The position numbers and the translations under genes are program-made. From assembly GCA_951406725.2 (NCBI GenBank), contig OX597826.1, positions 16,616,001 to 16,680,000 on the forward strand: DNA of 64,000 bases, in the 5' to 3' direction. The notes beneath the pieces were generated by a model, which was not told the DNA's origin, ran no database searches, and worked only from the letters and a program-made list of their open reading frames with translations. Position 1 is the first letter of the stretch; every line of letters starts with the position of its first letter. Below, piece by piece: positions 54,818 to 64,000 of this stretch. This DNA is from Octopus vulgaris (Eukaryota).

Positions 54818-54871
<54 letters not shown>

Positions 54872-55240
54872 TTAATAGTAATAATAATAGTAATAATGAT
54901 AATGATAATAATAATAATAATGTTTTCTTTATAAATACCAAGTGAATACAAATAATATTTGTGATAGTACAGGACAATGTAATGTAGGGTTGCATAAATA
55001 GCTTGTAAAATGTAAAAAAAACATTAGACAATATTGTCGTTTATCTATGGCTATGTTATTAGTGTTGCATGGGAGTGCTGTTCAAGCTATTGGCCTAGAT
55101 TGTTATAAGTTTTCTTTTGTTGAGGCGTTTCAAATATTCGTGATGCTTGTAGCGTTGCAGTCCTCTGTAATTGCGCTGGTGTAAGGTGTGTGCAGCATGA
55201 TTATTTGTTGGTTTTTGTGTCTTCTCTTCTAATCTCAAAA

Positions 55241-55288
55241 TTCTATCTGATGAAGGCTGGAGAGTAAATCATCCGAAACGTTGTGGAA
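55241..55288 (+). ncRNA. Minimal type I hammerhead-like ribozyme in a PLE pLTR fragment
   Basis: ttctat-CTGATGA-a-ggctg-gagagtaaat-catcc-GAAAC-GTT-gtggaa; stem I pairs over 6 bp with wobbles and stem II has one mismatch. Confidence 0.7.
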
Positions 55289-55354
55289 ACAACAACCAAG
55301 ATGAGGACCCATAACCGTCAAGTGTAAACTAATCTTTATATATATATATTTGTC

Positions 55355-55480
55355 CACCAACATCATTCGACAACCAATGTTGGTGTGTTCACGCCTTCCT
55401 AACTTAGTCGTTTGGTCAATATGACTGATAGAATAAGTACCAGGCTTGCAACGAATGAGTCGATTTGTCGACTAAAGACG
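55355..55480 (+). mobile_element. SINE family A 3' fragment
   Basis: gacaaccaatgttggtgtgttcacg..taacttag..gatagaataagtaccaggctt. Confidence 0.75.
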
Positions 55481-55829
55481 ATTGTAACAACAGTTTTAAA
55501 AAAATCAATGTCAATCTATTGATGCATTTAACCAAGTCTATGTCTGTATTATCAGACAATTGCAAAAAATGTTTTTAAAAAATGCAAAACTCTGCAAAAA
55601 TACGGTACAAATTCTTCATGTTTCAAAACGTTGCTAACTTTTTAATCAACCTGATATATATAATATATATAAATATATACCTATATGTGTGTGTGCCTTA
55701 TTGCATACTGACATATATAGACACGCTCATATGCCGACCCACGCAGTAAATTTCTCATTCTCTCCCGCACACACACTTACACAAATAGAGCACAAACAAC
55801 TATACTCCCACATATATGTACATACATAT

Positions 55830-55951
<122 letters not shown>

Positions 55952-57287
55952 TGCGTACATATATATGTGTGTATAGAGATACATGTATATAGATATACAG
56001 ATATATACACAGATGCATATTTATTTTTAAATATATAAATATACAGTCATGTATACAGTTTTGTGTGTGTGTGTTTATGTGTGTGCGTGTGTGTGTGTGC
56101 GTGCTCACGTCATAATCCAAGAATAAATAGGAAAGAAATACCAGTCAATTCTGCAAATAAAAAGAAATCTGATTCTTGAGTGATCGAAGAATTTCAATTA
56201 ATTGTCTACTCTACAAGTAAATATATATGGAAAATCAATGACCTTGGGCTATATGCAAGTGCTCATGTATTGGAAATCATACAATGTTGCCGCCAGATAA
56301 AACATTTGGAAATGACAAGTTGGCTTTTTCTTTCTTGGCAAACCTTTTTATTTCATCAACATAAAATTGTGTGTAAAACATGGGAAGTGTATTTTATAGC
56401 TATCTGAAAACAATAGTACTTTATAGCCGAGATCTTTGAAACGATTTTATATTGAAAGTTTATCTTCCTTTCCTCGTAGAGATTAAGACGGATAGGCAAC
56501 TTTATCTAAGACAAGTGAATGCTTCTTTGTAATATTCTGCCCACTCACCAAATAAATTACAAAATTCGCCGTATTTTATTCTAGTATTTCTCTGCATGTG
56601 TCGATGAGGTAAACAAAGTAAATTTACCAAATTAATAAAGTTTGTTAACATCAGCAGGTATGTTTTGCGTACGATGAATTGAAGATCGTAAATCTGTTAA
56701 CGGCATCTCTGTTTATATCATATTCTGCAGACAGTGGCTGAGAGACATTTTGTCTATATGTTGCTGAGCGAGGTCAGTTTTATTGCGGTCTCAACTGTAA
56801 GTTTTATTTAACCTTAACAACGTTCCAATAAAGTAATCAGTGGGTCAATGCAATCGAAAGTTTGTATAAGAAAATGCTTCCTATCATTCACAGTCAAAAT
56901 ATAGACGTTATTGTATAGATCCGGGTTAGAGTCGACCTATAAGCAAAGACGTTCTAATCATAACGACGGTGTTATTTCATATGATAGTCGTTACAATATG
57001 CTTTTAAAACAATCCCTATGTAATTTCTAGAATGCTGGGTAGGGAATGACTTGTGTTGGGATGTGCATAGACTACAATGCATTTGAAATAACGTTGTAAC
57101 TTTGCGTTAAGAAACAAACACATGTATTAATATTCCCCTTAAAATCTATGGTTTTGCTAATTATATTAGAGCTATCCTATGGATGGGGAACACAACTAAG
57201 GCACGATCAAACGCATTAAAGGATTTATGAATGTCCTAAGAAATGTTCTTGTTATTAGTACTATATACACATATTGACACACACACA

Positions 57288-57355
<68 letters not shown>

Positions 57356-57959
57356 CATATATATATATATACATACATGCATATATATAATATATATATA
57401 TATATAATATATTATATATATATATATAAACAGAATCCACGACACCAGATGGTAAATAGCAAACCTGAAAAACTAAAAATAATGAATCTCATCCTGCTTC
57501 GCATCCTGTTTCTTCATGCGTGCCATTTCATGGATAGCATATCCATTTTTTTCTTCTTTTCTGGAAGTGTACAGCGTACACAGAAAGTCGTGATGATATA
57601 ATCTCTTGTATTCTGTCATTGATAACGTCAGGACGTGCAGTTAGTTTTCAGGCATTTACATTTCGCAAATGAGGGGGAAATCTTTTCCTCTCAAACTGCA
57701 GGTTGCTTTTCCTCGTTAGAAATGTCTTCTGTATAGTAAGATATGTTCCCAATGAACATTACTGATTTTTTTTTTGTGGGATTTTTATGTAATGATAAAA
57801 ATGTTCCTCTTCGCTTTCCACTATGGATTTCTACAGAGAAATAATATTCCCTGACGATACAGCTTTAGAACTTTTAATTCATCAAGACCGATGATGTAAC
57901 CATCCTATTACATACGCCACTTTATAAGGCGAGCAATTCTACGAAGGTATTTTATTTTT

Positions 57960-58610
57960 TATTCGTTTCGGCCATTTGATAGCGGCCATGCTGGAGCACC
58001 GTCTTTCTTGGAACAAATCGACCCCACGACTTATTCTTTGTAAGCCCAGTACTTATTCTATCGGTCTATTTTGCCGAACTGCTAAGTTACGGGAACCTAA
58101 ACATACCAACATCAGTTGTCAAACATATACATATATGTATATATATGGTGTTAAATTGATGTCATTAAATTAAAATACAATCTTTACATCCTCAATTTGA
58201 TTTTAATTCTTAATTAATATGTTCTCAAACCGGTGTAAACTACAGCAGTGAATTGTTTATGCAGTATTTATTTCCGGGAATTTGGCGCGCTAGAACGAGT
58301 ACATTTGAATATAACTATGAATATAATAGGCCGTACCGCTCGTATTTTTGACCTCGTGTTAAGATATGGCGTGCAGTTCGACAAATTATATTCTTGAAGG
58401 ACTCCACTGATGATCTGCAAATTAATTGTGTAAGTAAAATTGCATAATTTATTAACAGTGAAACAATTGTATGGGGTTAATCTATATTTTTGTAATTTTT
58501 AATTTGTCCTGCTCGCTTACGTTCATAGTGTGCTAAGTTTTTCTTGAGAACAATTTTTATTGGTTAGTGTAAGGGCGTCCACTTTAGTGGATTCTCTCTC
58601 ATATGTGTAT

Positions 58611-58692
<82 letters not shown>

Positions 58693-58855
58693 GACGGGGT
58701 TCTTTCCGTTTCTGTCTATCTAATCCACTTACAAGAATTTGGCCGGCCCGAGGTTATAGTAGAAGAGTCTGAACGGAGGTGCCACGCAGTAGAACTGAAC
58801 CTGAAATCATAAGGTTGGGAAGCAAGCTTTTTACCACACAACCACACCTGCGCCT
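57960..58855 (-). mobile_element. SINE family A split by an insertion (3' half 57960-58122, 5' half 58690-58855)
   Basis: The two halves are collinear with the family A copies; a ~450-bp pLTR-like insert sits in the internal (TA)n. Confidence 0.8.
58400..58478 (+). ncRNA. Type I hammerhead ribozyme motif with an intact catalytic core
   Basis: gactcca-CTGATGA-[t ctg..aattgtgtaa/ttgcataatt..cag t]-GAAAC-aatt-GTA-tggggtt: 7-bp stem I, long stem II, palindromic stem III (acaattgt), GUA cleavage triplet. Confidence 0.78.
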
Positions 58856-60334
58856 AAAAATTAGTGCGTTGTCACCAGGACGGAAACTTTTCCAACATTA
58901 TAGTATCAAGTGTAAAACATTTCCAATTTATAATACACATTACACACGTCAAATGTTAGATACACCATCAGTACAGAATCCATGACTCACATCAGTATAG
59001 CAGAGATATCTGACTTATGCATCCTATATGAAAAGCTTGTTGGACAGTTTCAAGGTCCATACTGATCAAACTCGTTTCTTGAGTTCCTAACGCAAATGAC
59101 ATGTTTAGAAATCTATTCATGACAACAAATTTCCCAAGATACGATATACACATTAAAATCTATTACAACCCATCTATTTCCACAGACAAATATTTTTGAA
59201 ATAACTATAAGCATGATTTACATTTTCTTCAAGCGTATAGTACGAAAGCTGTATGGACACTGTAGAATAGATTCGTTAGTTTCTGAATAACTGGATCAGT
59301 GTGAATCACAAGGTCACTATCGTGAACTATGGTCATTACGATTTTCGATTAAGATTTGAAATGATTTGGATTAAACAGCCTACATGCTCGGTGTTAGCAG
59401 AAAAGATGTATAAATTACAATTCTTAAATGCATGAGAAATGTTACAATAGCAGAGCATAGGAAGAAAGTTAATGCAAGCATATCTCTGTTTAACAATGTT
59501 GTCCACTTGAATAGATTTCGATAGACTATGATTAAGCTAAAACATGACCTTCATACCAAAGAATCGTTGTAAAAACTTATCAAAACTCAGGTAAGTGCGC
59601 GTGCGCTAACTTTCGCAATATTGTGCACAATTTATGTTTAATCACCAGGACAGAGTCTCTCGTTAGAACAAGTAAACATTGGAAATAAGGAAATCGCTAC
59701 TACAACTAAACTTTTGCCTACCTCAACAGCCAATTAGGAATATATCTGCAGCATACAAAGACCAACACTAATCCTATTACCGATGCCGAAGCCTCAGAAA
59801 TTTGAATACATATTATAGCTGTCTAGTATTATTCTCAGTACTGATTTTCCTAGGTAGGATTGTTTCTTTTTTGTGCTACTTGAACCAATTTTTTCATATT
59901 CATAAAAAGAACATGTTTCCTCCGTGAGTTAATAATTACTGCATATAAAGAGCAGAATACTACATGATGCTCATAAGATAGCCATAAGTAGAGTTTAATA
60001 ATACTGTCGCTCACATTAGAAGCCAGCTCATCCAGCATTGCATATCAGTTAGGGTTTTTACTTATTACAAAGCAAATGCTGTTCTCTTGCTTCTCATCTC
60101 TTAACTTGCAAACACGTAAGAAACTATACACACATCACCCATTTAAAATATCCGTCGCTCTCAAAACGTGCAGCAGGAGCAAAATTGCATTCATCAAACT
60201 CTATAAATCTGAAATCCAAAGTATTCGCAAGTTAAGAGGATGTATACTGATAAGTTAAACTGTGTATGTAAGTAGTAGATTGTATAAATGGAGTTTGATT
60301 GTCAGATTGTCTATGGTTATGCATGAAATACTGA

Positions 60335-61105
60335 ATAGAAAATGCTTGAGAAAAAATGCACTTCCCTATACAAAATCTGAAACGCTAGGGAATTAAAACA
60401 ACGATTTAAAATAAGTTTTAGCAAATTAAATTTAAAAACTGCTAAATAAATTACCGTTAACAAGATGCCTGTTTATAGCCATGAAGCATTTTTTGTGATA
60501 TTTTGACATTTTTCAAAACTTTAAAATCTATATTAATGGGTAGGACCAATTTGACGAAAAGATGAGCAGAGTCTGGTAGCGAAACTGTGTCGTCATCAAT
60601 TTTGTGCTTGTGCGTATGTGCGTAACATGGCGAAATTTAGCGCTTTCGGGCAGATTTAAGGGAAATTGATGTCACGACCGCTAGTGAGCAAAATGGCTAA
60701 ATTGTGTTTGAGAAATAAAATTCACTTACCTATTTAAACCCTCAAACACTGGGGAATTTGATTTAACAAATCAAAACAATTCTTATTGAAATGAAGAATT
60801 AGCAAATGCTAAATAGACTGCCGTTAACAAGCTGTCAGTTTATACACATGTAACATTTTTTTGTCAAACTTCGTTATTTTTCATTAACATGTTGTCACGA
60901 TGGTTAGTGCGAAATTTTACGATTTTTGAAAAATCGATGCTGATAAAAAAACCGATTTTTTTAAACATTACCAAGTGCTGAAGTGACCACACGGGCATAA
61001 GCCCCACCCCACCACACACACACGTGTCAAGTTTCATCAAGGTCTCTTAGATAGTATCGGAAGAGATAAAGTAACAAATTCACAAACACGCAAACTCGCC
61101 AGTTA
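60335..61105 (+). mobile_element. Probable non-autonomous Helitron-type element with two diverged internal ~190-bp repeats
   Basis: 60340-60520 resembles 60705-60890 (cactt.cctat..tgctaaata..ccgttaacaag..gtttata); 3' segment caagtttcatcaa..caaacacgcaaactcgccag. Confidence 0.45.
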
Positions 61106-61179
<74 letters not shown>

Positions 61180-61195
61180 GTTATTGTCATCGTCA

Positions 61196-61266
<71 letters not shown>

Positions 61267-62431
61267 GTTATTATTATTATTATTATCATATACAATTAAG
61301 ATTCAGTTGAATTAGGTACTTAAATCGAGGCACCTGGTTAGGTCTGAGTAACAGACATACTCAAAAATATTAAGTGAATATCAGACTTGGTGCTTCAGTG
61401 CCGGCCACATGATATTCCTGTATTGTATGCAGATAAGAGAGCGGAGAAATCCGCTCTTAGCTATTCTGACATGTATTTTATATTAAAAATATTGTCTTTA
61501 ATATTTACGAAGCGTAGATTCCAGCACAGGTAGATAAAATATGAGTAACAAAGATATACAGGTGTTACAGTATATGTACATATATGTGTATGTGTGTGTG
61601 TGTGTTTGTGCATGGGTGTATATTTACATTCATATAGTTTATATAGGTTGCTATGGATGTACATATGTACATAAATATCTAAATATACATATGTATAGAG
61701 ACAGATGAAAGGGAAAGACAGAGAGAGAGAGAGAGAATGAGGAAACTATGTGCGTGCAAGAAACTCGGAGTACTGTCTTATGCTAACATTCCAATTAAGA
61801 AATATGTATACACTATGCTCATTAGTATAGAATATTTGATTATTTGTTTCTGTTACAAAAATCGTTAACAATCGAGACTAACTAACTGAATTTATTGTAG
61901 CTACATTGCAATTTACAAGCTAAAGAGCAGAATACATAACCTAACATCTTCAGCAATACGGGAACAGTTGCACTATATAACATCAGTGTACCGGATGATA
62001 GGCCAATTATGTCTGTTTGAGCGATATGTAATTTGTGGAAACATGAGCCGATATTTTACAGTGATTAAAACAACATGGTTGTCTTACTTTAATGTAACAC
62101 TGATAAAACACGACAATTTTATGCAAAATGTAGTTAATTATGGGAGTGTGTATGCATGCTTTTCGATGAATGATGATATATTATTCTATATTATAGTTTA
62201 TATTAAGGTTGTTGCGTTATGATACCAGTAATACACTTTTGCAAAACAATCGATAACTAAAAAGTTTTATTTTAATTTTTGAAGCCCTTCTTTAGAAACC
62301 CAAGCAAGGAGAAAAAGAATGGCTAAATGCATCTAAGGTGAGATCAAGATTACTGAGGTTGTAGTAATTATATGATCAGTTTATAAAAAGATATCGATTC
62401 GAAATTTTTTAAATTTTTTTATCATAATATA

Positions 62432-62640
62432 GATTTCAAATTTTGACACAAGATCAGAAATTTTGGGTAAGATTTACGTCGATTACAAAGACACGAGTGT
62501 TTAACTTGTACTTATCGTCCCAGAAAGGGATGAAATAGAAAATTGGCCTCGGTGAAATTTGATCTCAGAATGTAAAAACGAAGAAAATGCCGCTGAGCGT
62601 TTTGCCCGGCGTACTAACAACCCTGCGAGCTTGCCACCTT
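62432..62640 (-). mobile_element. SINE family B
   Basis: Reverse complement of the 20044-20240 copy. Confidence 0.82.
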
Positions 62641-63014
62641 TCTTACCATTCTTAATATTGCCGAATCCAGGTCATTACTAACAAGTGGATAAATGAAATC
62701 GGATTAATCATCACATAACGTGATTTCGTGTCAATAATGTACATTCACAGTTTACTCTGTAGTATATTCAAAAGGTAATGCCCTTTAGAATCCTTGATGA
62801 AATATTGAAAAGAAATGCCTACTGCGTTTGAGAAATATATAATTTTAATCAATATACAACATAGAGTTGCCAAATCAATTTCATGGTTGTGTTCAAGGTG
62901 AAACGTAATCCTTCCACGTATACCATCCCTTTGAAAGCTGGCTTGGTTAACATTTTGAGCATATGTTCTTATTTCTTCAGTTGATTCTGTATGGTTAACA
63001 TTGATCTTTATTTC

Positions 63015-63059
<45 letters not shown>

Positions 63060-63061
<2 letters not shown>

Positions 63062-63410
63062 GGGAGACCTCTTGATTTTGCCGTTCCTTAAGATCTCACA
63101 CATTCCTAATCTTCTTTATATACCAGTATTTCTAATCTTTTGGAAACTGTTCCTCTTCCCAGTTGGCTTAAATTTGAGTTAGAAGTGCACCTATCTTCAA
63201 ATTCTTCCAAGTCTGTAACAGGATGTTATTTCTTAGTTATTATCAGGATCGTCATTCTGATTACTGCAATTCCCCAAAGATCTCTTGCTGGTTTCCTGCA
63301 TCTATTTCTTTTCCCATCTTTTCCCTTCATAAGATTTTGTTCCTGATCTCTTTCTTTTAGCACATCTCATTTTTGTGACTCGTATGATTCCAAGTTTACG
63401 TTGCAACGAT
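63060..63410 (-). mobile_element. Possible CR1/L2 ORF1 C-terminal fragment
   Basis: Minus strand gives ITSCYRLGR followed by a K/R-rich segment, resembling the RLG....RP motif of CR1 ORF1. Confidence 0.35.
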
Positions 63411-64000
63411 TAACGGCTGAAACCAGATTTTAAGTAGCTCCATAATATGTTTATTTTCTTTTAAGTGTGCAGCGTATGCGTCTCTTTAACCTGACTTTAC
63501 ACGAGAAATAAATATTTTTTAGATACCCTATCACCTACGCAGAGCCCTTTTGATTGCACACGGTAATTAAATTACCGAACTCTTCTAACAACTCTTCTAT
63601 GGACTTTATTCATTATAAGTATCCTCGCGTTCCATATTTGGGCCTATCAAATATAATGCTCAGTCAGTGTTATCATTGCTAACTATAATATTTGAAGATA
63701 TTTCAAAGAGAAGTATGAATGTAATTTTAATGATTGCTTCAATAGTTTTGGTTTTATATAGATATAATTTGCGGGCTAGCTATAGGTTATTTCAATTCAA
63801 ACTATCTGGTGTAGAAATATTCTGATGCTTAGCTTTGCCAGTTATCTAATGTTGGTATGAATATATGCTCATTTTATTTCAATTTAATAGCTGATAACTT
63901 CCGTAAGACAGGATGTAGGTAGCATGGCATTTTCCGAATGCGTGCATAATTGGGGTATAAGCAGCTTAGAAAATGTGCTTTACACACTGCACAACGTCAG

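Overview
AT-rich, microsatellite-dense animal nuclear DNA. The SINE repertoire resembles the octopus tRNA-derived SINEs, so a cephalopod origin is inferred. I found no intact host gene, rRNA, true tRNA or CRISPR array; almost all long ORFs are translations of (TA)n, (TAA)n or (CA)n tracts. The window is mostly decayed mobile elements: four R4/Dong-type RLE non-LTR fragments, four mariner remnants, Penelope-like (PLE) RT and pLTR fragments, CR1/L2-type, Helitron and probable gypsy remnants, and about 15 SINE copies. Three things stand out. (1) Three L1/Tx1-like elements encode only a gag-knuckle ORF1 (no endonuclease or RT), have apparent target-site duplications, and share a 3' tail with a SINE family. 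(2) At least seven hammerhead-ribozyme-like motifs of the minimal PLE/retrozyme type occur, some inside long fold-back palindromes. (3) A ~520-570 bp non-coding element is found twice, each time inside (TAA)n in the same polarity as the Dong/R4 elements. All calls were made by eye; coordinates of degraded elements are approximate.
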